Source: a virus (lineage: Duplodnaviria > Caudoviricetes). Taken from it: a stretch of 25,904 nt of DNA. A program made the position numbers and the translations under genes. Location: the IMG/VR virus record IMGVR_UViG_3300025836_000019, positions 1-25,904 of that record; one strand, given 5' to 3'. Every line of letters begins with the position of its first letter. The stretch's first letter is position 1. Under the pieces are notes generated by a model. It did no database searches, was not told where the DNA came from, and worked only from the letters and a program-made list of their open reading frames with translations. Positions 1 through 11,231 of the stretch are shown piece after piece.

Positions 1-99
1 ATGTGTTGGAAGTGGTAAAGGTTGCTTACCTTGATGGGTAAAAGGGTGTTGAAATGTATATAATAGTATTTTTTAATAATTATTTGTACATTTGTAGCA
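1..99 (+). repeat. Left copy of 99-bp perfect inverted repeat (may extend beyond window start)
   Basis: Exact reverse complement of 25360-25458, compared base by base; contains TACATTTG at 87-94. Confidence 0.97.
87..94 (+). promoter_or_regulatory. Bacteroidota-type -7 promoter box (TAnnTTTG)
   Basis: TACATTTG matches the Bacteroidota primary-sigma -7 consensus, 27 nt upstream of ATG 122. Confidence 0.7.
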
Positions 100-121
100 T
101 AAATCATTTAAAACTAATATT

Positions 122-490
122 ATGGAAGAAGAAGAAAAAAAAATATTATTAGAAATTGGAAACTTACAAACCGAATTATTAGAAGAAAGTATTAACTGCA
201 ATGGCTACGCATATAGAAGAAATGCAAGGTTATTATCAAAAAAGGTTTTAGATTTGAATAATGAATTTCAACCTAATTATTTAACTATATCAGATATTGA
301 AAAATTAAATCAAACTACGTCTGAGCAGGGCGAACGTATAGCCGCAAAATATGAAGAAGTAAATAGACGTAATTCACCACAAATAAGAAAAACTGAATTG
401 ATGACTAAAATTAATTCAGCAAACAAAATGATTAGTGATGATATTTTTTCATTACTACAAATAGTTAGAGAAGTTGAATCTAAAAAATAA
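122..490 (+). CDS. Hypothetical helical protein, 122 aa (accessory gene)
   Basis: ORF with own promoter box, A-rich leader, TAA stop and downstream hairpin; no Trp codons. Confidence 0.75.
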   Translation: MEEEEKKILLEIGNLQTELLEESINCNGYAYRRNARLLSKKVLDLNNEFQPNYLTISDIEKLNQTTSEQGERIAAKYEEVNRRNSPQIRKTELMTKINSANKMISDDIFSLLQIVREVESKK

Positions 491-524
491 CTGTATCTAA
501 TTATATAATTAAAATTAAACAAAT

Positions 525-555
525 AAAGCTACTTAGAAACAATCTAGGTAGCTTT
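525..555. terminator. Bidirectional intrinsic terminator
   Basis: AAAGCTACTTAGA-aacaa-TCTAGGTAGCTTT stem-loop between convergent genes. Confidence 0.75.
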
Positions 556-573
556 GTTTTGGAAGTGCTTTAA

Positions 574-1056
574 TTAGCTTTTTATCTTACTAAATACTGT
601 TTTTGTATCTGTCTGGGTTCATTCGTTATCCTTATAGATAAATATGTTTGAGCACTGGTTAATGTTAACTAAATGAATCGGTTTAGATACATAATTATTA
701 TTACTAAATGATGTGGTTGCTTTACAGTTCATATCTACAATATTAATATTATGCAGTTGGTTTATATCTCAAAATAAGGCAATTTTTATATCAGTAAAAT
801 CAAACAGATTACAGTACAAACTTTTCTTTCCTAATAGATATTTATATTTAATATCTTCTAATATAAATCCTTCCTCACTGTATTTTGTAAACTTTGATTT
901 ATCTAATCATCTTTCTTTAACTTCAATAATACCATTATTACTAACATTTAAATCGTGTTTAGCATATTGGTCTGGTGTGTCTGTTGCTGTTAGTCCGTTT
1001 AATGCCAGTATCTCTTTTACTCAACTTAAACTTATTGTTTCTCTATTTGATCTCAT
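574..1056 (-). CDS. PD-(D/E)xK-family nuclease, 160 aa (4 in-frame TGA=Trp); absent from ORF track
   Basis: Code-4 translation MRSNRETISLSW...YAKHDLNVSNNGIIEVKERW...GFILEDIKY...LFWDI...; D...ExK motif; TGA at 1021-1023, 907-909, 769-771, 619-621; TAA stop. Confidence 0.75.
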
Positions 1057-1057
1057 T

Positions 1058-1204
1058 TTATTTAATTGTTTGATTGACAAGAATAATTGAAGATTTTTTA
1101 ATCTGTTTGTTTGCTCTTTTAATCTGTTTGTTTGCTCTTTTGATTTGCCTGTTTGTTTTATAGATTATAAAATTTCAAGCGAAAAGGATAATTAATTTTT
1201 TCAT
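1058..1204 (-). CDS. Small basic peptide, 48 aa (1 TGA=Trp), hydrophobic N-terminus plus heptad repeat
   Basis: MKKLIILFAWNFIIYKTNRQIKRANKQIKRANKQIKKSS...; fits tightly between helicase stop and nuclease ATG. Confidence 0.55.
1098..1160. repeat. 21-bp tandem repeat, two exact copies plus one degenerate
   Basis: TTAATCTGTTTGTTTGCTCTT at 1098-1118 and 1119-1139; encodes KRANKQI on the minus strand. Confidence 0.9.
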
Positions 1205-1229
1205 AATTTTATTTGTTAGTTTGTTGTTA

Positions 1230-3011
1230 TTAAATGATTGTGATACCTCGTACTGATTTACCGTTTATTCTGGGTTTAGATTCTATCACGGTAAAAATAT
1301 TAGAATCTTTAAGTAGTGATGCTGTTGGTAGTCCTTTAATTTCTAATTTATCGTAAATGGTTTTTAGTATATCTTTTGCTTCTGTATAACTAATAAATTT
1401 GTTTAGACCAACTATATTTAAAAATTCTCTATAAACAGTATTTATTGATTTTTTTAATTTTACAGCATCTATAATTTTTGATTCAACAAAACCACAGGTA
1501 TTTATTCCGCTTTGCCCTATCAAATCAAATGCATCTTTAAATAGTGGATATTCTAAATTGAATCTTTCAATAAGTAAATGGTTATTGTTTTCTAATCTAT
1601 GCTGGATATATTGTTCTAATAAATCTCTAAATGAAACTGTAACTATTTTTTTAATTATAATTTCATCAAATTTACCATACATATTAATATCAGTAGCAAC
1701 TAATCCAGCCTTATTATAAGCTTGTCTAAGACTTAAACCGTTTTTATATACAGATTGTGTTAGGTTATAATTAAATCTGGTGTACTGTTCTTTAAAATGG
1801 CTGTATTCAAATGATTCACCATTGAATAAACAAAACAAATCGCTTACATCTCTTTTTCTTAAAGTTTCCTGTTCTTCTGGTGTAAGTTTATTATAGATTG
1901 AAATAATGTTTTTTGAATCTGTTATTGTGGTAGTTATTTCTGCATTAAATTCTTCTTCTGTCTGGGTTACAAATCCAGTTGAATAGATATGCCATAATCT
2001 ATTTTTAAATACATTGTCATATTCAGAATTACATCTTAATCTACCATTTATTTGATAAAGTGTAGTTTGAATATCAATTGCAGTTTGTTTTTTACTTGAA
2101 TCTGAAATAACAACTACCAGACCATTATTTGTAAATAGATTACAACCTTGAAAGCCTTTTTTAGTAAAGAAATTAATAGGTTTATTTGGTGAACTAATTT
2201 TTGATATTTCAATATCTTTCAAATTTTGTGAATTTCTTATTGAATCTCTACAAACAACTTTTGCATCATCATTTGTAAGTTCACAAGTTTGTATTATCTG
2301 GGAAATTGTAATAACAGAATTACAAAATATGTAAAGTTGTTCTACCTTAATATAATCTTCATTCTTTAAATATAGTTTATCAGAAATAAATTCATTAATA
2401 AGATTTACAGCAGCTTTAGTAGTGTTGTTTGTTCTTATTCTGGTAGGAATTAATTTTGTTTCAACACCTCAATTTATTTCAGTGTATGGTAATTCATTTA
2501 ATATATCTGGTAGAAATGTTTCCTCTATTGGTGTAGCACTTAAAAATGTGTAGTGATTGAAGTTCTTTAATTGGTTTATCAGTTCAATTATTGCTATTTC
2601 TCTAAAACCTAAATCTTCAAGTAATAAATGATACTCATCTACAAGTATCTTAAATGTTTCTGTAAGGTTTAATTTATCCAGTCATTTAATGAGTTTTGGA
2701 AACGAATCATAAGTAACTGATATTTTATAAATTCTATTTGAATTAATGTAGTCTATAAAATCTGATTCTTTAACACCTGAATAAATTCCAAACACCTTAT
2801 TTGGTGAGTTTTTATCATCTGCAATACTATCTACTAAATCTACAAAAGGACAAATTATAATATAATTTCAATTGCATTTTAAAGCTGCAAAAGTACCACC
2901 AACATCAGTAGATTTTTTATTTAATATACCGTGTGGTAATCCATTTTTAAATTCTGGAATTTCAGATAAATATCTGTATCCAATTCCGTTTATTATTGTT
3001 TTTATCTTCAT
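1230..3011 (-). CDS. SF2 DExH-box helicase-like replication/origin-binding protein, 593 aa (3 TGA=Trp)
   Basis: Code-4 frame joins to ORF 1230..2222; motifs NKKSTDVGGT (degenerate motif I), VTYDS, ILVDEYH, FLSATP; TGA at 2868-2870, 2682-2684, 2469-2471. Confidence 0.85.
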
Positions 3012-3038
3012 ATTGTTCTATTTTAATGCTTTGTAATG

Positions 3039-3088
3039 TTGCGACATTTTCTTTTCTCTTATGTATAATTTCGGGTTTTTTGTCGCAA
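3039..3088. promoter_or_regulatory. Spaced inverted repeat TTGCGACA-N34-TGTCGCAA upstream of helicase (candidate origin/operator)
   Basis: 8-bp GC-rich inverted pair in an AT-rich intergenic gap; function inferred from position only. Confidence 0.4.
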
Positions 3089-3096
3089 ATTGTTGT

Positions 3097-3127
3097 AAAA
3101 AAAAATAAGAGTGCGTTTAAACTCTTA
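3097..3127 (-). terminator. Intrinsic terminator after HNH gene
   Basis: TAAGAGT-N8-ACTCTTA stem followed by a U9 tract on the minus strand. Confidence 0.55.
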
Positions 3128-3143
3128 CTTTATAACTATACAC

Positions 3144-3497
3144 CTATTCTTTTTTAGTGTTCAATGATTGCAATTTTTCTCAACTGGTTTTAATCATTAG
3201 TTCGGTTATTTTATTATGAATATTTTGATGGCATTCTTTACAAACACATTGTAGATTATCATAAGTAAATGCCTTTTCAATACGTTTTAATCCTGTATAA
3301 TTCATAAATGAATCAATGTGATGTACATCTATTGCAGGATTTACAATATTTTTTTTAATGCATATTTCACATAATGGATTTTCTAACAGTTTAGCGAGCC
3401 TTAATTTCTTTCAGGTTGTAGTATTATAAACCTCGCTTCTTTCTTTCTTGTGGTTATCTGCAACCCTGTATTTTTTAGCATAATTCAATGTTGGCAT
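3144..3497 (-). CDS. HNH endonuclease (terminase-associated type), 117 aa (2 TGA=Trp); absent from ORF track
   Basis: VYNTTTWKKLR...NPLCEIC...DVHHI...DNLQCVCKECHQNIH; TGA 3411-3413 falls at the conserved Y...W..LR Trp; second TGA 3180-3182; TAG stop. Confidence 0.9.
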
Positions 3498-3927
3498 CTT
3501 CTATATATGTTTGATATTTGTATAATTCTTTTTGATTTTGTTTGGTCTGGAAATGTACCATCTTAAACTTGTAGTTAATGTACTCCAGTACTTCCTTTTC
3601 ATTTATTTCAGAAAGTTCTTCCATCACCTTTAAAAGTGTATTGTGGAATATGTCCTCTGTTGTTTGACCCATTGAAAGGTTATCAATATTCTTTACATAT
3701 TTAGTCCACATCCTGCTGTAATTCTTGGTAATGATATTTACTACCTCTGCTTTAATAATGACTGAATTAGTGTTAATATTTTTTATTCTAGGGTTTGAAT
3801 CATTTACAGGATAAAGCACTTTATTTAATTGTTCTTCTGTAATATCTCAATCCTTACAGGTATTATTAAATCCATAATCATATATGTACTGCAATAAGGT
3901 TTCTTTAGTTTGTTTTTGTTTCTTCAT
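3475..3927 (-). CDS. Putative transcription regulator with sigma-70 region-2-like segment, 150 aa (1 TGA=Trp)
   Basis: ATG 3927 in frame with ORF 3475..3819 via TGA 3847-3849; TTEDIFHNTLLKV resembles the ECF sigma region 2 helix. Confidence 0.55.
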
Positions 3928-4093
3928 AGTATTTATTTATTTGTTCTTCATTAGTATTAAATCAGTCCTTTAATATCATTCTGATAATTTTTGATTTATC
4001 AATATTGGTTGCTTTTTGCAGTATTTCTAGGTTTAAATAATTATCATCATCCAGCCTAAATATTATGGTGTTTGGTTTAGCGTTTCTTTTCAT
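3905..4093 (-). CDS. Ribbon-helix-helix (Arc/CopG-like) DNA-binding protein, 62 aa (1 TGA=Trp)
   Basis: MKRNAKPNTIIFRLDDDNYLNLEILQKATNIDKSKIIRMILKDWF; beta-strand/helix/helix pattern with S..IR; TGA 3962-3964. Confidence 0.75.
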
Positions 4094-4314
4094 ATTGTGT
4101 ATTATGTTTTAATTATAAACTATCACAATATACGATTTAAAATCCACACTACCAAACTTATATACTTTTTGGTATAGTTTTTTTAATCCACTTATGACTA
4201 AATTATAACAAATTAATATAACCTTGAATTGTATTTATATGCTTTGGTAATTAATTTTTGTATTACAATTTTGGAGTTTGTGTTTTTGGAACGGTAAATA
4301 ATTAAAATAAGAGT
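4094..4314. promoter_or_regulatory. Divergent control region between leftward and morphogenesis operons
   Basis: Minus-strand TAAGTTTG box at 4153-4160 overlapped by TACCAAA-N11-TTTGGTA palindrome (4150-4174). Confidence 0.55.
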
Positions 4315-4692
4315 ATGAAATATATAATACCAAAAGATATAGAAGTTGATGCAATTGCTTATATGAAAGATGTACTATCTGATTTAGAAAACAGATGCAT
4401 ATTAGAGAGTGTAGATAGTGCTGCATTAACTATGTTAGCCAGGAACTATTCAATGTTTATTAAAGCATCTAAGCAACTAGAAAATGAAGGTTCAACTTTT
4501 TTAAGTAGCAGTGGTAATGTAACTATTCACCCTTTAGTAAAAATTGCAAAAGATGCACAAACACAAGCAATGAAAGTTATGCTGGAATTTGGACTAACTG
4601 CAAAAGCTAGAACTAAACTGCCACAAAAAGAAAAAGATGAGGATGATTCACCATTTACTAAATTTATAAATGCTGGGAAGGAAACAAGGTAA
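4315..4692 (+). CDS. terS: Terminase small subunit (P27 family)
   Basis: HPLVKIAKDA...EFGLTAKAR motif; directly upstream of terL. Confidence 0.92.
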   Translation: MKYIIPKDIEVDAIAYMKDVLSDLENRCILESVDSAALTMLARNYSMFIKASKQLENEGSTFLSSSGNVTIHPLVKIAKDAQTQAMKVMLEFGLTAKARTKLPQKEKDEDDSPFTKFINAGKETR

Positions 4693-4694
4693 AA

Positions 4695-6317
4695 ATGAAA
4701 TCTTATTATCAGTATGTAGAAGATGTTTTAAATGGTTCTATTGTAACTGGTTTAAATATTCAATTAGCTTGTAAGCGGTTTAAATCCGATTTATTGAGAG
4801 ATGATTTAAATTTTACAGAAAACAGGGTAGATAGAGCAATTGAGTTTATTGGTAGCTTAAAACACTTCACTGGCAAACACTCTAATAAGTCCTTTATACT
4901 TGAACCTTGACAACAATTTATTATTGCTAATATAATAGGGTTCTACTGGAAAGAATCTAAAACTCGTAGATATTCCAGTTCTTACATAGAAGTATCCAGA
5001 AAACAAGGGAAAACGGCACTAGCAGCAGCATTATGTTTATACTATCTAATTGCAGATGGTGAGGATGGTGCAGAAGTACTACTGGCTGCAAACAGTAAAG
5101 AACAGGCTAAAATAGCGTTTGATATGTGTTCTAATTTTGTAAGGGGTTTAGATCCTAAAGCAAAATATTTAACCTCGTATAGAGCAGATATAAAATTCAA
5201 TCCTACAAATAGCAAACTAAAAGTATTAGCAGCAGATGATTCTAAACTAGATGGCTTTAATGCTTCATTTGGTTTATTAGATGAATACCACGCTGCACCA
5301 AATAGCAAAGTTAGAGATGTAATAAAATCTAGTATGGGAATGCGTGAAAATCCGCATTTGTGTACTATAACTACTGCTGGCTTTAATAAATCCTTACCCT
5401 GTTATCAATTAAGAACTGTAGCAATAGAAGTATTAAATGATTTAAAGGTTGATGATTCTATGTTTATTGCTATTTTTTCCCTAGATATTAAAGACAATTG
5501 AGCAGATGAAAAAAACTGAATTAAATGTAATCCTAATCTGGATGTTACAGTTACATCTAAGTATATAAAAGAACAGGTACAGCAGGCAAAGAACAACCCA
5601 TCAGAGGAAGTAGGAGTCAAAACTAAAACATTAAATCTTTGGTGTGATTCAGAGAATGTATGACTACCAGACACATATATATTAAAATGCAGTAAGGATG
5701 TAAATCTATCTGATTTTAAAGGCTTAGATTGTTTTGTAGGGGTTGATTTGGGAGTTGTTTCAGATTTAACAGCAGTTGCATATTTAGTTATCAAGGATGG
5801 AAGATACTACTTTAAAACTCATTACTACTTACCAGAATCTGCACTTAATGAAAAGGCAGGTAAAGAACAATATAAGTTATGAAGAAATAGAGGTTTATTA
5901 ACTGTAACTGCTGGTAACGTAACCGATTACGATTATATAACTAATGATTTAATGAAGTATTCAGAAATAGTTAATATAAAGTGTGTAGGTTATGATAAAT
6001 ATAATTCTACACAGTGGGCTATAGATGCAACTGAAAAAGGTTTACCACTATTAGAATACAGTCAAAGTCTGGCTAATTTCAATAAACCAACAAAAGAAAT
6101 GGAACGGCTAATATTATCTGGTAAAGCAGTAATTGATAATAATGAGATCAACAGATTCTGCTTTAAAAATGTAGTCTTAAAATCAGACCACAACAACAAT
6201 GTTAAGCCAGTAAAACAAGCAGATAAAAATAAAATTGATGGTGTAATTTCTATGATACAATCTTTAGGCTGTTTTTTAGAGGTTCCAAGATATACAAACG
6301 AAATATATACAATATAA
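4695..6317 (+). CDS. terL: Terminase large subunit, 540 aa (5 TGA=Trp)
   Basis: Single frame; Walker A SRKQGKT, Walker B LLDEYH, GVDLG, KIDG; TGA at 4908, 5499, 5517, 5661, 5880 in LEPWQ, DNWADEKNWIKCNPNL, NVWLP, YKLWR. Confidence 0.97.
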
Positions 6318-6319
6318 AA

Positions 6320-7549
6320 ATGAGCTGATTTAAAAAAGATAAAACAATAGTAGAGCAAAGAAGCGGATTCTGTGAATCACTTATGTATAATGCACAGGGT
6401 GGATATACTACCAGTAAGGCAATGCTATTATCTACTGTTTATAGGTGTGTAGATGTGATTACAGATTCAGTTGCACAGTTACCATTTGAACCATATTTAA
6501 TAGATTCAAATGGTTATAAATCAAAATTTAATGTACATCCTTCATATAGGTTATTAAATAAAGAACCTAATAAAAATATGAGTAGGTTTACTTTTATGAA
6601 AACACTGATTACTAGTGTTATTTTAAAAGGTAATGGATATGCTTTTATAGAAAGAGATAAACAAGGTAATGCAACCGCCTTACATTTTATACCAGCGGAT
6701 TTAGTTACAATTATGCCTTCTGATATTACTAATTTGACTGGTAATTTTAGATATTCAATCACAGGATTTAAAGCACTTGTAGAGCCTATTAATATGATTC
6801 ATTTACTAAACTTTAGTTATGATGGTATTATTGGTATAAGTACACTGGCACACGCAAAATTAACGCTGGGATTAGCTACAGATTCAGAAGCACACGCAGC
6901 AGGATTTTTTAAAGGTGGTGCTAATTGTGCAGGAGTTTTAAAAGTGGAAGGTGCAGTAACTAAAGAACAATCACAACAAATAAAATCAACCTGACAGACT
7001 GCATTTTCACCCGCTACTGGCACACCTAATGGTGTTGCAGTACTTAGTGGTAATATGGATTTTCAACCTGTATCAGTCAATCCATCAGATGCACAACTAT
7101 TAGAAACTAGGGAATTTAATGTAGTTGATATATGTAGGTTTTTTGGAGTTTCACCAGTTAAAGCATTTGACTTATCTAAAAGCAGTTATTCAACTGTAGA
7201 AGCAACTCAATTATCATTTCTAACAGATACACTACAACCATTATTAGAAAAGATAGAATTGGAGTTTGAACGAAAATTATATAAACCATCTGAAAAAGAC
7301 AATATTAATGTAAGATTTGATACGTCTGTACTTTTAAGAGTTGATAAAGCATCACAAGCAGAGTATTTTAAAAGTCTGGTTTTAATTGGTGCAATGACTA
7401 TCAATGAAGTCCGTAAAGAATTAGATTTACCTGCATTAGATAATGGTGATAATAGTTTTGTTCAAGTCAATACAATGACCTTAAAGAATGCAGTAAAAGA
7501 AACAGTAGTAACAACAAAATTACAAAATGATGGAATTAAGAAACAGTAG
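6320..7549 (+). CDS. Portal protein, HK97 family, 409 aa (2 TGA=Trp)
   Basis: MSWFKK start; GNGYAFI, DAQLLETR, ICRFFGV, MTINEVR motifs; TGA at 6326 and 6992. Confidence 0.95.
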
Positions 7550-8081
7550 CTGAGAATTAAGGGCTACAGAAGAAAGTAGAACTGTAGAGGGTTATGCTTT
7601 AAAGTTTAATAAAGAATCTAATGATTTAGGTGGGTTTAATGAGATGATACAGCCAGAAGCATTAGATGGTATTTTGGAAAAATCAGATATACTTTGTCTA
7701 TTAAATCACAACGAAGATAGAGGTGTTTTGGCACGTTCTAAATTTGGTACAGGTTCATTAAAATTAGAAGTAGATAGTGTAGGTTTAAAATATAGATTTG
7801 AAGCACCTGCAACCGCTTTAGGTGATGAACTTTTAGAAGGATTAAAAAGAGGTGATATAAGTACATCTTCATTCGCATTTAATATTGAAAGTGATGTATG
7901 GGAGAAAAGGAGTAATAACACCTACCTAAGAAAGATCACTAAGTTTAAAGAAATATTTGATGTTTCACCAGTTTATAAAGAAGCATATCCAGATACAACA
8001 GTTGCACTTAGAAAAATAGAAGATTTAAAAGCAGATGACTTAAAAGGATATTTTGAACTATTAAAAAATAAAATAAATTAA
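7527..8081 (+). CDS. Prohead protease, HK97 family, about 184 aa (1 TGA=Trp)
   Basis: RTVEGYALKFN, LLNHN, SSFAF, DVSPVYKEAY; TGA at 7551; alternative ATG at 7530. Confidence 0.93.
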
Positions 8082-9271
8082 TGAAGAACACATTAGAACT
8101 ATTGGACGAAAAAGACCAACTAAAGAAACGAGCACAGGAAATTGTATCTGGTGCAGAGAAAGAAATTAGAAAAATGAATGAATCAGAAGACAATGAATTT
8201 GATTCTATTACTAAAGAACTAGCTGAAAAAGATTTAGAGATTAGAAAGATTGAAGAAGATAATACAAGGAATTTAAATAAAGTAACAAATAAACAAAACA
8301 AAACTATGAAAGAATTTTCATTATTGAAAGCTATTGATGACGTAGCTAATAACCGTCAACTAAACGAAAGAGCATTAGAAGTTATTGAAGCAGGTAAGGC
8401 TGAATTTCGTTTTGCTGGACAAAACACACAAGGACAAATAGTATTACCAATGGAAACGAGGGGTGCAATTCAGGCAACTGTTGCAACCGCTGGACAGGAA
8501 GTTGTTGCAGAGGATAAACTAGGTATTTTAGAACCGCTTAGATCTAGTCTGGTAATGGTTCAAGCTGGTGCAACCTATCTAACAGGATTGACTGGTAATG
8601 TATCTATTCCTGCTTATTCTGGTAGTAATGTATTGTGAGCAGGTGAAACGGCAACCGCTACAGATGGTGCTGGTACTTTCTCAGAAATTAATTTATCGCC
8701 AAAACGTATTACTGCTACAATCAGTATATCAAAACAATTTTTGATTCAAGACTCTTTGAGTGCAGAAGCTATGCTTAAAAAGGATATTGTTACAGCTATT
8801 GCAAACAAATTGGAAGCAACCGTATTAGGTTCAATCGCTGGAAGTGCTACACAACCTGCTGGCTTGTTTGATGGTGTTGTTGCTGATTTGGCAACTGTAA
8901 ACTATTCCGAAATTGTAGGACTTGAAACGGCTTTAGAATCTGCTAATGTAAGAGGTAATAAAATATTTATTGCTTCACCATCTGCAAAAGGTGCACTTAA
9001 AACAACCCTTAAATCTGCTGGTGTTGCTGGTTATTTAATGGAAGGTAATGATATTAATGGTTATAATACCCTATCAACTTCTGCTGTACCCGCTAAAGGT
9101 TTAATCTTTGGATGTTTTGAAGATTATGTTATTGCACAGTGGGGTGGTATTGACTTGACTGTTGATCCTTATTCACAAGCAGCAGATGGTAAAGTTAAAC
9201 TGGTTATCAATGCTTATTTTGATGCTAAACCACGTAGGACTGAATCTTTCCAAAAGGTAATTTTAAAATAA
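8081..9271 (+). CDS. Major capsid protein, HK97 fold with N-terminal delta domain, 396 aa (1 TGA=Trp)
   Basis: Coiled-coil N-terminus; NVLWAGE (TGA 8636), QWGGIDLTVDPY. Confidence 0.95.
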
Positions 9272-9281
9272 TAGATAGAAT

Positions 9282-9590
9282 ATGTATTTAACACTAGAAC
9301 AAACTAAAAAACACCTAAATCTGGATGCAGATTATATTGATGATGATAATTATATCACTTCATTAATGCAGGTAGCAGAAGCAGCAGTTGAATTACATAT
9401 CAATCAAAAATTAATAGATGTAGTTGCAGTTAATGGTGAGGTTTTACCCTTACCATTAATGCACGCTATGTTGTTAATGACTGGTAATTTATTTGCTAAT
9501 CGTGAATCTGTTTCTATGAATGGTAAAGCAGCAGTTATACCTTTTAATTATAGATACTTATTAGACTTTTTTCAAAACTATTCAAACTAG
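9282..9590 (+). CDS. Head-tail connector (HK97 gp6-like)
   Basis: LTLEQTKKHLNLD...AMLLMTGNLFANRE motif; synteny. Confidence 0.9.
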   Translation: MYLTLEQTKKHLNLDADYIDDDNYITSLMQVAEAAVELHINQKLIDVVAVNGEVLPLPLMHAMLLMTGNLFANRESVSMNGKAAVIPFNYRYLLDFFQNYSN

Positions 9591-9596
9591 ATTTAA

Positions 9597-9917
9597 ATGA
9601 TACCAGCAGGAACACTAAAATACAAACTGTTATTTAAACACATCATTAAAACACAATCTGCAACTGGTGCTATTAGTACTTATAAAGTTGATTTACTTAG
9701 TTGTAAGGCAGCTAAAGTAAAAGCTAAAAATAGTTCTGGAATAGATGCAAAAGAAATGTTTAATAGTTCAATTATTGAATTTAAAATACGATTTAATAAA
9801 CTAATCAACACTGACTTAATAGTTAGTTATAATGACTGTGAGTATAAGATTATAAGTGTTGATGACAATAAGTTTGATAACAGTATAAGTTTGATTGTTG
9901 ATAAAATAAATAATTAA
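9597..9917 (+). CDS. Head closure / head-tail adaptor
   Basis: MIPAGTL start, FKIRF, YKIISV; synteny. Confidence 0.8.
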   Translation: MIPAGTLKYKLLFKHIIKTQSATGAISTYKVDLLSCKAAKVKAKNSSGIDAKEMFNSSIIEFKIRFNKLINTDLIVSYNDCEYKIISVDDNKFDNSISLIVDKINN

Positions 9918-9922
9918 ATCAG

Positions 9923-10357
9923 ATGCAAATACAAGCAACTTTAATAGATTTTGATAAGGTTTATAATTCAATCAATGGATTAACCAATATTGAAAAAGAT
10001 AAAACAATTAAATCTGCTTTAAAAGGTGCTTTAAGTGTGTTTTTAAACGCTGGGAGGTCTAATTTAAGAGCCAGATTAAAAGGTAATAAAACTACTGGGA
10101 ATCTAAACAAGGCTTTTAAAACTAAAGTAAAACGCAATTCACTAGGTGCTTTATCTGGTTTTGGTGCTTTGGGTATGCATTCGCATTTAGTTGATAGAGG
10201 TACAGTAAAAAGGACTACTAAAAGTGGTAGAAATAGAGGTGTAATGCCTGCTAACAACTTCTGGACTGATGCAATAGCAACTAATGAAGGTACTGCAATA
10301 GCAAAGGTTTATGAAGGGATTGATAGAGCAGTAACTAGAATATTATTAAGGAATTAA
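9923..10357 (+). CDS. HK97 gp10-like tail completion protein
   Basis: TTGNL, HLVDRGT, MPANNFW motifs; basic; synteny. Confidence 0.8.
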   Translation: MQIQATLIDFDKVYNSINGLTNIEKDKTIKSALKGALSVFLNAGRSNLRARLKGNKTTGNLNKAFKTKVKRNSLGALSGFGALGMHSHLVDRGTVKRTTKSGRNRGVMPANNFWTDAIATNEGTAIAKVYEGIDRAVTRILLRN

Positions 10358-10358
10358 G

Positions 10359-10751
10359 ATGATAACAAAAGCATTTACAAAATTCAGCATAACAACTGAT
10401 ATAAGAGCATTATTAATTGAAAATGTAGAATTAAAATCTATAATCAATAATAACATATTTCCACTTATTGCACCAGAAGGAACTACAGAAGATTTTATTA
10501 TTTACTATAGAGATAAATACGGTAAAGACTATACAAATTTTGGTGTTTATAGTGAACACTGTGTAGTATGAATAGTAGCAGTTAGTGATAATTACGACAG
10601 ATCGCAAAATATTGCAGAGTTAATAAATGAAGCAATTGAAGGTAAGCATAATAATACTTCTGGTAATGGTTATGAATGTAGATTGATAGATTCTACAGAA
10701 GATTTTGAGGATAAAAAATATATTCAGATACTTGTATTTGAGGTAAAATAA
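10359..10751 (+). CDS. Tail terminator/completion protein, 130 aa (1 TGA=Trp)
   Basis: IFPLIAPEGT...FIIYYR; reads through TGA 10569 to TAA 10749-10751; synteny. Confidence 0.8.
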
Positions 10752-10775
10752 TAATAAAAATAAAATAAAAATAAA

Positions 10776-11219
10776 ATGGCAGATTTTAATGTAAATACTG
10801 ATCTAGTGAAAGGTTCAAGCCTTTTAGTATATGTAGGTGCAACACCTATAGCTTTTGCAAAAACTTGTGATTTATCAATTTCAGCAGATGCAATTGATAC
10901 TTCTAATAAAATGAGTGGTAATTTTAAAAGCTCTTTACAGGGTGTAATTTCCTGAACTATTGCGAGTGATTTTTTATATACGCGAGTTGCTTTAGATTCT
11001 AATTTTGATACTTTGTTTGCTTCTATGCTGGCTGGTACTGCTATAGATGTAATAATTGGCACTACATCCGATTCTACAACCTTTGCAATGGATAAAGGCT
11101 TGTACAGTGGAAAAGCACACATTTCATCTTTGTCTTTAAAGGCAGGTGATACAGATGTTGCTAGTTGTTCAGTTTCTTTAACTGGTAGTGGTGCACTAAT
11201 AAAGGTGGCAACAGTATAA
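10776..11219 (+). CDS. Major tail tube protein, 147 aa (1 TGA=Trp)
   Basis: IDTSNKMSG, GVISWTI (TGA 10953), YSGKAHISSLS, SLTGSGAL. Confidence 0.88.
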
Positions 11220-11231
11220 TAAATAATAGGT

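Noticed and set aside
1-99. IS/transposon terminal inverted repeats
   Set aside because: No transposase in the window; the repeat carries a promoter and target-site duplications cannot be seen.
310-522. Short antisense ORFs 310..522, 4235..4426 and 25103..25297
   Set aside because: Opposite better-supported genes, with no expression signals seen.
713-1090. 125-aa plus-strand ORF
   Set aside because: Antisense shadow of the code-4 nuclease gene 574-1056; no motif of its own.
1098-1160. CRISPR array or iterons
   Set aside because: No spacers; the unit is a multiple of 3 and lies in a reading frame.
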